A DNA stretch of 64,000 nucleotides from an uncultured Caldithrix sp. Its GTDB lineage: Bacteria; Calditrichota; Calditrichia; RBG-13-44-9. A program made the position numbers and the translations under genes. Shown here one piece after another: positions 1-9,674 of this stretch. How positions within the stretch are numbered: the stretch's first letter is position 1; each line of letters starts with the position of its first letter. Location: NCBI GenBank assembly GCA_964394475.1, contig CAYMXZ010000001.1, positions 4,480-68,479 on the forward strand, in the 5' to 3' direction. Under the pieces are notes generated by a model. The model ran no database searches. It was not told the DNA's origin and saw nothing but the letters and a program-made list of their open reading frames with translations.

Positions 1-135
1 CGCACCTAAAGCAGGATAAAAAATCTCCCACAGATTTGACGCCAGCGGGAGATCATGGATTGAATTGAATTGGCAGAGATTCTGTTTCGGATTATTCAGC
101 GATGTGGTTGCTGCGATTCATCTGCTTAAATTTCC

Positions 136-426
136 TTATTTTTTTCCCATCATGGATTTCACCCATTCCACTATGGCGAGCAGGACACCACCGCCGACTT
201 CAGAGGATAAAACATTACCCACGATACTTCCTAAATTCAGAGCTCCTTCTCCAGTGGTTAGAACTCCCAATGCATCGAGGATTTGGGCACCAATGCCTTC
301 TCCGAGTATCCTTACAACAGAATTCCATAATGTGCCCGGCTAAGTTTTTTTCAGTACTCCACTCGCCAGGTTTCCGCCAATTGCTCCACTTAGCAGACTA
401 ATAATTAGTGCAATAAAACGGCCTCC
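136..426 (-). pseudogene. Probable remnant of a GlsB/YeaQ/YmgE-family small membrane protein (Gly-rich transglycosylase-associated type); in-frame TAG and no start codon
   Basis: The minus-strand translation gives ..LIISLLSGAIGGNLASGVLKKT*PGTLWNSVVRILGEGIGAQILDALGVLTTGEGALNLGSIVGNVLSSEVGGGVLLAIVEWVKSMMGKK*. This has the Gly/Ala-rich pattern of the YeaQ/YmgE family. It is interrupted by a TAG at + strand 340-342, next to a 7-nt homopolymer at 345-351. No ATG/GTG/TTG follows the upstream TGA at 427-429. The two + strand ORFs in the track (65..343, 102..401) lie antisense to it and show no recognisable features. Confidence 0.3.
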
Positions 427-598
427 TCACTTTAGTGAATAAGTGACTTTTTAACAATGTCATTGGATGAATTGACACTAGCAAAAAATTTCTTTGGGAA
501 GAAAAGAATTACCCATTTATTGAGATTCAATCTTTTCTCAATTTCTGGGAAATAATTGCCAGCCCATTATTTTATTACCATGTAAAAATTTTTTGAGG

Positions 599-2233
599 TT
601 AGAATTTCTCATCGTATTTCGTCCATAGCTCTTCGCTCAATTTCCAGGCCCTTTCAACGACTTTCTCTCCCCATTGCATGGTATATTTTGTGAGATATTG
701 CCGGGCCGTACTTTTATTTTTTTCTAAAATTTTTAATGCTTCCTGTTCGACAATGCTTTGTTTATTAAATAATTCAGTTTGCCATGGTTTCCAGACGGCG
801 GTCACATCATGACGCATGTCCCCCCAGCGTTGAGCGGTCAGAGTGCCCAATTGATTAAAAGCCCACCAGGCAGATTCCCTGGAAAATCCATGCGCACGAC
901 CATCGGTTTTATAGGAAGCCGGCAAATCCGTCACGCTACAATATACCGGGATATAGATGGAAGTTGCCACATTATCCAGCGCCAGCCATACCACACCTCC
1001 CACTTCGTCCGGCAACCAATTGCGCGATTGAGTGATAGTGGCATACATCGTATACCAGCGGGCAATGGTGCGCTCACCCAACTCACCCCACCCACCATTA
1101 ATTTTAAATAATGGGTTCATATCATAAGGCATGAAAGGATTGGCCAGGGGAGAAATTTCCACTTTTCCTTCTTTGTTTGCCCAGGTAATGTTCTTAATGA
1201 AATTATAATCCGTACCTTCAAAATAATCTTGAAATATTCTGACCAGTTTGGCAAGAGTGACCAGCGTATCAGGTTTTACCGAGAAGGGGAAATTTTCTCC
1301 ATTGGGATGCAGTTTTAAAGAAGGCGCAACCAGATCTAAAACTCGCCATTCGCGGCGACGGGCGGCGAACGATCCGCGCCCTTCTGGATCATAAGCATAG
1401 CAAAATTCAAATGGACCGTTCTCCGGCTTCCACCAGCCGCTGTCCTGTGCAACCTGAAAAACATTTTCGGAAGCCATGAAATAGTCAGGTTTACTTAAAT
1501 CGATTTGGCGAATACGGCTGCCGTTGGCATTTACCGTCACGTGATCATCCGGTACCCGTTGGGCCACCCAGATGGATCCCAGATTGCCTCTTCCAGGACC
1601 AACAATTTCTAAGACCCATGCTTCATTTTTATCGGCAATGGTTAAACATTCCCCTTCGTCGTTCCAGCCGTATTTTTGGGTGAGCTCTCCGGCTAACTGA
1701 ATGGCCTGCCGTGCGGTTGTGCAACGCTCAATCATCAACTTTACCAGCTGTTGACAATCGATCATTCCCTGTTCGGAATGCAACGATTCCCGACCACCAA
1801 AGGTTGATTCTCCTACCGCCAGCTGATGATCATTCATGCAGGGATAAGCAGTATTAATATAACCGTAGGTTGATTCCACTTGAGGGATTTCACCTACCGG
1901 CAGGTATTTATAAGCCGGCATGGCCAGAGAATCATCGTTGGTACGTTTATACACGGTGGTCATGCTACCTTTCTGGTAAGTCTGGGGAGGTACAATCCAC
2001 ACATTCGAACGCGTGCGATGACTATCACAGGTATGGGAAGTAATGACGGAACCATCTGCCGAAGCTTTCTTTCCAACCATTATAGTGGTGCAGCCATCTG
2101 GACGACCATTTTGCCAATCCGGTTTATCGTCAGCCAACACAACTCCAAAGATTGTTATCAGCATGAAGAATACTATCTGACTATTTTTAAATACATGCAT
2201 CGCCAGCTGCAAATTGATGATTGGTCTGTTCAT
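599..2233 (-). CDS. Secreted C69-family dipeptidase (Cys-nucleophile peptidase)
   Basis: A signal-peptide-like N-terminus is followed by ..DGCTTIMVGKKASADGSVITSHTCDSH... This matches the conserved N-terminal Cys motif of peptidase family C69 (dipeptidase A). The protein is 544 aa. The Met at 2200 is an alternative start. Confidence 0.75.
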   Translation of the reverse strand: MNRPIINLQLAMHVFKNSQIVFFMLITIFGVVLADDKPDWQNGRPDGCTTIMVGKKASADGSVITSHTCDSHRTRSNVWIVPPQTYQKGSMTTVYKRTNDDSLAMPAYKYLPVGEIPQVESTYGYINTAYPCMNDHQLAVGESTFGGRESLHSEQGMIDCQQLVKLMIERCTTARQAIQLAGELTQKYGWNDEGECLTIADKNEAWVLEIVGPGRGNLGSIWVAQRVPDDHVTVNANGSRIRQIDLSKPDYFMASENVFQVAQDSGWWKPENGPFEFCYAYDPEGRGSFAARRREWRVLDLVAPSLKLHPNGENFPFSVKPDTLVTLAKLVRIFQDYFEGTDYNFIKNITWANKEGKVEISPLANPFMPYDMNPLFKINGGWGELGERTIARWYTMYATITQSRNWLPDEVGGVVWLALDNVATSIYIPVYCSVTDLPASYKTDGRAHGFSRESAWWAFNQLGTLTAQRWGDMRHDVTAVWKPWQTELFNKQSIVEQEALKILEKNKSTARQYLTKYTMQWGEKVVERAWKLSEELWTKYDEKF

Positions 2234-2469
2234 AAGTTAATCCTCTCTATTTTTTTCAAATATGAAATTCAAAGTAAAAAAAAATTAAAAAAATCGCAAC
2301 CCCTTTAAAAGAAGATTTCACCCCTGAAACGGAAAGAAATCAGAAACCAGGTAAAGAAGAAAAAGGAGGGTAATGGAATTATTTCAAAAAATTCAGAGAA
2401 ATCAACCAGCGAAAAAAATGTTTAAGAGATATCTTTCTCAAGGTGAAGTGTGTTTTTCCTGCATGCAAA

Positions 2470-3324
2470 TTAACTAAAGTTTGGAAAGAGAGTAGGTGTG
2501 GGTGCTTCTTGAAAAGTTTCGGTTTGCAGGTCGATGTGCCAGACCGGCGGTTGATTTTTTTTCAAAATCTCTTCTGCTAACGCCAGATAGGCAATTGCTC
2601 CCGGCGCCAGGGCATCGAGTTGAATGAGCGGTTTTCGCTCAAAAGCGGCGTAACTGATGGCAGAGTTTTTAGGGATCTTGCTCTTAAAAACTAATTCACC
2701 GAATTTCAGATAGGTTTCTTCCACTGCTTTTTGCGAAGCTTTGGTGTTCTTTTCATAAAAATTCAGCAGGATCCCTTCGATCTTTAAGTCAGGATTCGCC
2801 CCGGCCTGAATGCGTTTGATCATGGCTAATAGCTTTTCCACCACTTTCAAGGAATAATAGCCGGTTTGCATGGGGATAAGCACCGAATTGGCCGCATACA
2901 AAGCGGCAATGGTTAAATCGCTAATGGATGGAGGCGTATCAATGAGAATAAAATCGTACTCGATTTTTCCTTTTATAACTAAATCGCTGAGTTTCCTTTT
3001 TAATAAAATTCTATTCTTCGACATCTGCTCCATACGCATTTCTTGTTCATGAGTAGGAATGTGGCAGGGGATAATATCCAGGTTAGGCAAGTCAGTGGTG
3101 TGAATAGCATCTATGCAATCGAAGGTTCCCATAAAAATTTCAAAAATTCCACCTTTAATATGTTGCTCATCTAGACCACATCCCATCGCCAGTGAACCAT
3201 TCGGATCCATTTCGACCAACAGGATCGATTTTTCGGCGATCGCTAAACTGGCGGCCAGATTCAAAGCGGTGGTGGTTTTTCCTACACCACCTTTCGGATT
3301 AGCTATAGCAATAATCTTCGTCAT
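2470..3324 (-). CDS. ParA/Soj/MinD-family P-loop ATPase (orphan, no ParB adjacent)
   Basis: The N-terminus MTKIIAIANPKGGVGKTTTALNLAASLA is a deviant Walker A (KGGxGKT) typical of ParA. The protein is 284 aa with a ~30-aa C-terminal extension. No parB/parS partner is in the window. Confidence 0.85.
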   Translation of the reverse strand: MTKIIAIANPKGGVGKTTTALNLAASLAIAEKSILLVEMDPNGSLAMGCGLDEQHIKGGIFEIFMGTFDCIDAIHTTDLPNLDIIPCHIPTHEQEMRMEQMSKNRILLKRKLSDLVIKGKIEYDFILIDTPPSISDLTIAALYAANSVLIPMQTGYYSLKVVEKLLAMIKRIQAGANPDLKIEGILLNFYEKNTKASQKAVEETYLKFGELVFKSKIPKNSAISYAAFERKPLIQLDALAPGAIAYLALAEEILKKNQPPVWHIDLQTETFQEAPTPTLFPNFS

Positions 3325-3474
3325 AAGACCTTCACGCTATTTTGAATATAAATATAAAACCGTTATCCATCATTTACCAAATTATAATCGTATTTTTAGA
3401 ATAATTATTTAGATATATTTTAGTAATTCAATAAGATAAGTCCTTTCTACAAGTTTTATAAAAAAAGGAATGTA

Positions 3475-4053
3475 TTAATTTATGGCACTTTCCCTGATGT
3501 CATTGTTAAAAGAAGGTGGTGATTCTTCAACAAATAAGGGTATGAATACCGCAATAGCAAACATCACAATGCCCAGAGAATAAAATACTATTGCTACTTC
3601 ATTTGCATGATCGAGTAAATTTAACTGACCAAGCAGATAACACCAGTCATGTTTGCCATTTCCCAATAAGGGAAGGCGCCGCAGGGGAGCATCAGCGACA
3701 TACACGCTGATATTCAGCAGATTTTGTCCCAACCAAAAAATAAAAATCTGAAAACCGATCCGATAACCATTTCGAAAAAAATACCAGCTCAAAAAAGAGG
3801 GAAAAAGAATTTGCATGAGAGTTCCACCGGCTGCCTGAATAAAATTCCCCATAAACCCGAAGAAAAAGTGACCAGCTTCATGAATGATTAAGTCGGCGTT
3901 ATCGATCAGCGAATATTTACCATGTCGCACTACAAAATATAGAATCATAGGTATGAATAATAAGGACAGGATCCACTTTTTTAAAGGTTTTATCCCACTA
4001 TAGCCAATGAGTAATGCGGGCATAGCATCATTCTCTTCCATATGATATAACAT
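3475..4053 (-). CDS. Small polytopic membrane protein with HEAGH motif (possible minimal M50/site-2-protease-like or zincin-like metalloprotease)
   Basis: The 192-aa protein has several predicted TM helices. It carries IIHEAGHFFFGF (HExxH) inside a hydrophobic segment and a later NLLDHAN (possible third ligand). There is no soluble domain. Confidence 0.45.
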   Translation of the reverse strand: MLYHMEENDAMPALLIGYSGIKPLKKWILSLLFIPMILYFVVRHGKYSLIDNADLIIHEAGHFFFGFMGNFIQAAGGTLMQILFPSFLSWYFFRNGYRIGFQIFIFWLGQNLLNISVYVADAPLRRLPLLGNGKHDWCYLLGQLNLLDHANEVAIVFYSLGIVMFAIAVFIPLFVEESPPSFNNDIRESAIN

Positions 4054-4219
4054 TACTATCGTTATTCAGACTTGAATGTTTAATTGATTTTATTTGGAAA
4101 TATGACATTCCTGCTGTAGATATTTTTATTTTCTATTTAATTCTAAATTTTTTTTACCGACTATAAAAGATATTATTTTTGATTAATTTTCAATTAACAT
4201 TTTTTCACAGGGAAGAGAG

Positions 4220-7200
4220 ATGATACGAAAAACCAAAAGTTTTATGAGGTTCTCCGGTAGTTATTTTTTTTGTTCGTTTTTTAGAAAGGCTCGGCGCTTC
4301 ACCGACTGTCTTTTTGTTCTGATGTTGTTTTTAAGCCATTCCCTCTTATTAGCGGATGTTCCTCATCCCGATCTTCTGAAAAAAATCTCGCAAGGTGAAA
4401 TTGAAGAACCGTATTATCTTAAAAATATTGATCGACTGCGCTCAGAGGGAGTCAACACCCCGGCCCTTTTGCCAGATGGGACAAAACCTGCTCTTCCCGC
4501 TGCCAATGGAGAGGCAAACTATAACGCTATTGCCATCCTGATTGATTTCAGCGATAATGTTTCGCAGGTAAACGCTTCTTATTTTGACAATTTGTTGTTC
4601 GGAACCGGCAACGGAACAGTTCGCCATTATTATAATGAAGTAACCTATGGAAATTTAACCGTAGTAACAGTAAATCTTCCAAGTTCTCTGGGCTGGAAAA
4701 GAGCGCCACAGACTTATAGTTATTACACCAATAACAGCAATGGATTAGGAAGTTATCCTCAAAATGCTCAAAAATTGGCGGAAGATGCCATCGCGCTGGC
4801 TAATCCCTATGTTAATTTTTCCCAATACGATAATAATAATGATGGCTACGTGGATGCCTTATTTATCATCCATGCTGGTCCGGGGGCTGAATTCACCGGC
4901 AACAATAATCATATCTGGTCGCATAAATGGTCTACTTATACCCCTCAATTGGTGGATGGGGTATATGCTTACATCTATTCCATGGAGCCCGAATTCTGGC
5001 AGAATCCAGGAGATATGACCTGTGGTGTCTACGCGCATGAGATGGGGCATGCGGTATTTTCTTTTCCTGATGTATATGATCGTGATGGAAGCTCTAAAGG
5101 GCTGGGTCGCTGGAGTCTGATGGCGAATGGCAGTTGGAACGGCACTCTGGGAAATTCTCCTGCTCACCCGGATGCCTGGAATCGGTCGAAGATGGGATAC
5201 GTTACTCCAGTGAATATTACCAGCGATGTAAATCACTATCCCATTCCAAATATACAGAACAATCAGGTCCTGGTTCGGTTGTGGAGACAAGGGCAAATTG
5301 GAAATCAATATTTTTTAATTGAAAATCGCCAGCGAGTGGGATATGATGCCGCCCTCCCAGCGGATGGATTGTGCATTTATCATGTGGATGAAAGTGTCAC
5401 CACCCAGAATGACCGCGAGTGGTATCCCGGTTACACCAGCAATGGCCATTATCTGGTGGCCTTAGAACAAGCCGATGGGTTATGGAGCATGGAAAAAAAT
5501 GTCAACAGCGGAAATAATGGTGATCCGTTTCCTGGCTCAACCAATAAAACGGTTTTCGATTCCACCTCTACCCCAGACAGTAAAGACTATAATTTTAATT
5601 CAACGAAAGTAGCGGTGAGAAACATCAGTGCTTCGGCAAATGTGATGTATGCCGATTTAATGGTTGGCAATCCACAACTTGTGCCAGACATTGAAATTTC
5701 CCCTTCGTCCTTCACCTTTAATGTGTTTCAAAATGACACCATGAGTCAAGATATGCAAATCGCTAATACAGGTAATGCCAATCTCATCTGGTCAATTAGC
5801 GAGTTAAATGAAAGCCATAGGGAGGTATACGGCAATTCAACTCCAACTATCACTGCCGATTGGCTTTCTGAGAATCCGACCTCTGGATTGATTCCTGCCG
5901 GAAGCAGTCGACAGGTGAAACTTTCAGTCAATGCTGCGGGAATGGCCGCAGGAAGCTATGTCTGTAGCCTGAGCGTTGCCAGTAACGATCCCGATGAAAA
6001 TCCCTGGATGGTTTTAGTGACCATGAATGTATCAGCGGTTCCGGTAAACCAACCACCGGTAGCGATAAATGATATTTTTTCGGTAAAAGAAGATCAGCTA
6101 ATTATCGCAAATATTTTGTATAATGATTATGATCCAGATGGTTCGATAAATCCCTCTTCGGTAACCGTTGTCTCTCCTCCTCAAAATGGGTCGTTCAGTG
6201 TAAATTCCACGAATGGTCGAATAACCTATCAACCCGATGATAATTTTTATGGATCAGACCAACTGAGTTATACCGTGCAGGATAATCAGGGAGCGGTTTC
6301 AAATGTGGCACAGTTGATCATCACCGTTGAACCAGTAAATGATCCACCCGATTTATCAAATCTCCCCGATGTTTTTTTTGCTGAAGACAGTTCCTCAACA
6401 CTGTTGCTGAATTCCTATGTAGTAGATGTGGATCATAGTTTCTCTCAACTAAACTTTTTTGCACAGGTGCTTACTGCTGGAAGTAATCTATCAATTGCTG
6501 GAGGTGAAAGGTTTTTGATCGAACCAACAGATCTGCAAATCACCATCGATCCGGTATCGCATGCGGCCAGTTTTCACTGTACGACTGATTCATCCGGGGT
6601 TTTCAGTGTTAGATTCACGGTAGTGGATGACAGCGGGGCGACTGATAGTGATACGATAAGTGTTACTGTTCATCCCGTGAATGATCCCCCATTGATCACT
6701 GAACTACCTGATAGTCTTTATATTTTGAATGATTCCACTCTGACTTTTTCCATATGGGATTTTGTTCGCGACCCGGAAACGCCGGATTCCACTTTACAGT
6801 ATCAGTTCAGTCAGAATCCGGTTCAGTTAATGCTAAATTTTCAGAATAAAGATGGCCAATTGCAGCTGACGCCTTTAGCCGGAAGTGCAGGAGAGGTTAA
6901 AGTGGTGGTATTGGTGACTGATCCAGAAGGGTTATCAACCGCAGATACTATCTCGGTCATTATAGAAGCATTGGTTCGCCTTGAAAATTCTTCTCTGCCT
7001 CAGGTACCAACAGTGTATTTTTTAGATCAAAATTATCCCAATCCTTTCAATCCATCGACTACTATCCGGTTTGGTCTCCCCCAGCCGAGCTGGATAAAGA
7101 TAGAAATTTTTAATCTGCCGGGTCAATGCCTAAAAGTTATTGAAGAAAGCCAGCGACCAGCCGGAATTCATACTATATTGTTTAACGCGGCAGACCTGGC

Positions 7201-7294
7201 CAGTGGAATTTATTTCTATCGGCTTTCTGCCGTGTCTGTGATAGAGCAAGGGCATTATATTTCGCAGATTAAAAAGATGATTCTTATTCGTTGA
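4220..7294 (+). CDS. M6-family (immune-inhibitor-A-like) zinc metalloprotease with tandem cadherin/VCBS-like repeat domains and C-terminal T9SS (Por) sorting domain
   Basis: The signal peptide is followed by HEMGHAVFSFPDVYD (HExxH), which fits the M6/InhA catalytic core. After that come repeated ~100-aa modules containing VNDPP / YNDYDPDG motifs. The C-terminus ..QNYPNPFNPSTTIRFGLP...SGIYFYRL...KKMILIR matches the T9SS type-A C-terminal domain consensus. Confidence 0.85.
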   Translation: MIRKTKSFMRFSGSYFFCSFFRKARRFTDCLFVLMLFLSHSLLLADVPHPDLLKKISQGEIEEPYYLKNIDRLRSEGVNTPALLPDGTKPALPAANGEANYNAIAILIDFSDNVSQVNASYFDNLLFGTGNGTVRHYYNEVTYGNLTVVTVNLPSSLGWKRAPQTYSYYTNNSNGLGSYPQNAQKLAEDAIALANPYVNFSQYDNNNDGYVDALFIIHAGPGAEFTGNNNHIWSHKWSTYTPQLVDGVYAYIYSMEPEFWQNPGDMTCGVYAHEMGHAVFSFPDVYDRDGSSKGLGRWSLMANGSWNGTLGNSPAHPDAWNRSKMGYVTPVNITSDVNHYPIPNIQNNQVLVRLWRQGQIGNQYFLIENRQRVGYDAALPADGLCIYHVDESVTTQNDREWYPGYTSNGHYLVALEQADGLWSMEKNVNSGNNGDPFPGSTNKTVFDSTSTPDSKDYNFNSTKVAVRNISASANVMYADLMVGNPQLVPDIEISPSSFTFNVFQNDTMSQDMQIANTGNANLIWSISELNESHREVYGNSTPTITADWLSENPTSGLIPAGSSRQVKLSVNAAGMAAGSYVCSLSVASNDPDENPWMVLVTMNVSAVPVNQPPVAINDIFSVKEDQLIIANILYNDYDPDGSINPSSVTVVSPPQNGSFSVNSTNGRITYQPDDNFYGSDQLSYTVQDNQGAVSNVAQLIITVEPVNDPPDLSNLPDVFFAEDSSSTLLLNSYVVDVDHSFSQLNFFAQVLTAGSNLSIAGGERFLIEPTDLQITIDPVSHAASFHCTTDSSGVFSVRFTVVDDSGATDSDTISVTVHPVNDPPLITELPDSLYILNDSTLTFSIWDFVRDPETPDSTLQYQFSQNPVQLMLNFQNKDGQLQLTPLAGSAGEVKVVVLVTDPEGLSTADTISVIIEALVRLENSSLPQVPTVYFLDQNYPNPFNPSTTIRFGLPQPSWIKIEIFNLPGQCLKVIEESQRPAGIHTILFNAADLASGIYFYRLSAVSVIEQGHYISQIKKMILIR

Positions 7295-7475
7295 TATCTC
7301 GTGATACTGGCCTGTAATTTTGACGACTTACGGAAATAACCCATGAAGATTGGCAGATAATAATTTCTTGGGATGTGCTCCCGGAAAATGAATTTTAAAT
7401 TTTTTGCAATTTTTTGCCCTACTGCGCTTTTTTTTCCTCTAAATTTCCGCTAATATTATTGATAGTGTTTATCAG

Positions 7476-8144
7476 ATGGAGGAAAATATGAAGAAATTTC
7501 ATGAGCAGTTGCTGGCCGAAAACAGGGATCTGTGGACAGCGATTTTGAGTCATCCTTTCCTGCAGGAAACGGCCAGTGGGAAAATTTCGGAACGTACCTT
7601 TAAGACCTGGATGCAACAGGATTATGTTTTTGTAAAAGAAGCTATACCATTTGTAGCGATTTTATTGGCCAAAGCGCCAGAAAATATGCGTTCTCAATTC
7701 ATCCAAATTCTGGCGGGATTAGATCAGGAGTTAGCCCTGTTTCAGAAAAATGCCGCCGATAAGAAAGTCAATTTAAAAAAGGTCAATGCTGCCCCCACCT
7801 GCCATGCCTATTTGCAATTTCTTATGGCGACTGCTTATAACGGTAGTTTTGTGGAAGGATTCACGGTACTATATGCTGCCGAAAAAGTATATCTGGATTC
7901 CTGGATGGAAGTGAAAAGAAAATTAAGAGGGAAAAGTCCCTGGAAGAGTTTTATCGATAACTGGACCAGTAAAGGATTTCAGCAATATGTGGATTGGTTA
8001 GCCGGGACTTTAGATCAGTTAGTTAAGAATTTTCCATCCCATGCTCTTCGTTCACTGCATGAATTATTTCAAACCACTGCTCGATATGAGTATCTTTTCT
8101 GGGATATGGCTTATAAAGAAGAAAAGTGGCTACCGAGGATGTAA
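7476..8144 (+). CDS. tenA: TenA/Thi-4/PqqC-family protein (thiaminase II / aminopyrimidine salvage, haem-oxygenase-like fold)
   Basis: The 222-aa protein has ..FHEQLLAENRDLWTAILSHPFLQETASGKISERTFKTWMQQDYVFVKEA.. at its N-terminus. This matches the TenA signature (F..L....W......HPF...L..G.L....F..Y..QDY.Y). Confidence 0.7.
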   Translation: MEENMKKFHEQLLAENRDLWTAILSHPFLQETASGKISERTFKTWMQQDYVFVKEAIPFVAILLAKAPENMRSQFIQILAGLDQELALFQKNAADKKVNLKKVNAAPTCHAYLQFLMATAYNGSFVEGFTVLYAAEKVYLDSWMEVKRKLRGKSPWKSFIDNWTSKGFQQYVDWLAGTLDQLVKNFPSHALRSLHELFQTTARYEYLFWDMAYKEEKWLPRM

Positions 8145-8150
8145 GGGTTA

Positions 8151-8172
8151 ATCGCTATAAAGGCATAGCGAT
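8151..8172. terminator. Possible bidirectional hairpin between convergent genes (tenA + / lipoprotein -)
   Basis: ATCGCTAT-aaaggc-ATAGCGAT forms a perfect 8-bp inverted repeat sitting 6 nt after the tenA stop. The flanking sequence is A/T-rich but lacks a clean U-tract. Confidence 0.25.
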
Positions 8173-8179
8173 AAAATCT

Positions 8180-8722
8180 TTAGAAAATCGATTCACGGTC
8201 TCGCCAGTAAGCGTCCGGGTTACGCTGGAGGGTGTAGCGTTTGTCACCCATTTTAAAAACTAATTCTTTAATCTGGTAGACAACCGGACTGAAAACTCCA
8301 TCAAGCTGGAAAAAAATTAATCGACTTTGGCCTGGATCTACAGATGTGGGATAATCTCGCAGTTTGGTAATTTTACCCAGAGAGTAAATTTTATTGTCAT
8401 AGGTCATGGTAAGTATGTCGTTGTAGTAATTCATCGGAATGGGTGATATACCTCTATTGATTACCAGAAACTCATACTGATAAGAGCCCGGGATTTCTCC
8501 CGGTCGAATCCGAGCCGCTAAGGTGAGCAGATTGTCTTGATAAATATAATGACCGGTTTTATAGTTATCAATGCCGAAAACGGGTGTTTTCTTCATCGTA
8601 CTTTTTACACCGCACGAAAATGAAACCGTGGACATCACAATATATAAAACTCCGAGATAAAATCCCTTTTGGCTAAGGAGATAGAAATTTTTTACTCTCA
8701 AAAATTTGTTCGGCATTTTCAT
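8180..8722 (-). CDS. Hypothetical lipoprotein/secreted protein
   Basis: The 180-aa protein has a hydrophobic N-terminus ending ..VSFSCG (lipobox-like). No recognisable catalytic motif is present. Confidence 0.45.
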   Translation of the reverse strand: MKMPNKFLRVKNFYLLSQKGFYLGVLYIVMSTVSFSCGVKSTMKKTPVFGIDNYKTGHYIYQDNLLTLAARIRPGEIPGSYQYEFLVINRGISPIPMNYYNDILTMTYDNKIYSLGKITKLRDYPTSVDPGQSRLIFFQLDGVFSPVVYQIKELVFKMGDKRYTLQRNPDAYWRDRESIF

Positions 8723-8986
8723 CGTATAGAAATATAAAGAATCCGCTGTTAGATATAATCGTTTTATTTAAAATAAACTCAACCGTCCCACACCAATAAT
8801 TCTTTAGAAGTTTTTCCTAAAGATATATTAGAAATGACCGCTCATCAATAGTCAAAATAGGATTTTTTTATTTTTCGTTCAAATCTTGTTCTATCTTCAA
8901 TCAGGTTTTTAAATTCAAGGAAGTGTTTAAAAATGGCTGGATGAGTATGTATAAGACGAATGAAAAAAAATGACATAATAGAGAGT

Positions 8987-9658
8987 TTACCAAATTCCAG
9001 GTAATATACGGAATTTCACTTTTTGACAATATTCTCGATAACCTATAAATTCCTTCTGCAAAGTCCGATCTTCCAGGGCGGTTCGAACAAATAACAAAAC
9101 GCCTACCAGAATAGCGGGAATAAGTGCCCAGAGCGATCCCAATGCCAGAGCCATTGAACTAACCATCAGGATGATACCTAAGTAACCGGGATGACGAACA
9201 TATCGGTAAGGGCCATCGGAGATTACGGTTTGTTCCCTTTCATGCTGTATCCTTACGGTGCTGGCGTAGAATTTATTTGATCGGATAGCCCAGATATGAA
9301 AAAGGGCGGAAACAATAAAAACCAGATAAGCGATGAGGTAAAGGTAAGAAGAGTAGGCAGGCGACCAATGAAAACGACCGGCATCTAATCCGGCAATTAC
9401 CGGAATCGCCAGGTTCATCGGACCATAAATCAGCCAGAATAGAATATCCCACCATTTTGTACCCGGTCCGCTTTTCATACGATCCTGAATTTCTTTAAAA
9501 TTTTTGCCAAATAGGAATGATATGCCGATGACTACCAACAAACAAATGAATCCGAATAGCCAGGCTTGCCAATAATTTAGTCTGCCCGCTAATATTATGA
9601 GCAATGTGATGAGAAAAACAATAGCAACTGACCCGCGTAAGATTAGAGAAAAATTCAT
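8987..9658 (-). CDS. Membrane methyltransferase of the isoprenylcysteine carboxyl methyltransferase (ICMT)/PEMT/DUF1295 superfamily
   Basis: The 223-aa protein is polytopic. Its C-terminal region ..GPYRYVRHPGYLGIILMVSSMALALGS...RTALEDRTLQKEF carries the RHP.Y...EE motif characteristic of ICMT-family SAM-dependent methyltransferases. Confidence 0.7.
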   Translation of the reverse strand: MNFSLILRGSVAIVFLITLLIILAGRLNYWQAWLFGFICLLVVIGISFLFGKNFKEIQDRMKSGPGTKWWDILFWLIYGPMNLAIPVIAGLDAGRFHWSPAYSSYLYLIAYLVFIVSALFHIWAIRSNKFYASTVRIQHEREQTVISDGPYRYVRHPGYLGIILMVSSMALALGSLWALIPAILVGVLLFVRTALEDRTLQKEFIGYREYCQKVKFRILPGIW

Positions 9659-9674
9659 TTTTAAACGGTAATTT

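Noticed and set aside
65-401. Two overlapping + strand ORFs (92 and 99 aa) at the window start
   Set aside because: No recognisable motifs. They lie antisense to a sequence with clear GlsB/YeaQ-like coding signal on the minus strand, so they are most likely spurious.
7295-7475. Possible TPP riboswitch upstream of tenA
   Set aside because: I searched by eye for the THI-box (CUGAGA) and the GGGG/ACCC pairing elements. None were found.
9075-9090. GGTTCGAAC resembling a tRNA T-loop
   Set aside because: It lies inside the ICMT-family CDS and has no flanking acceptor/anticodon stem complementarity.
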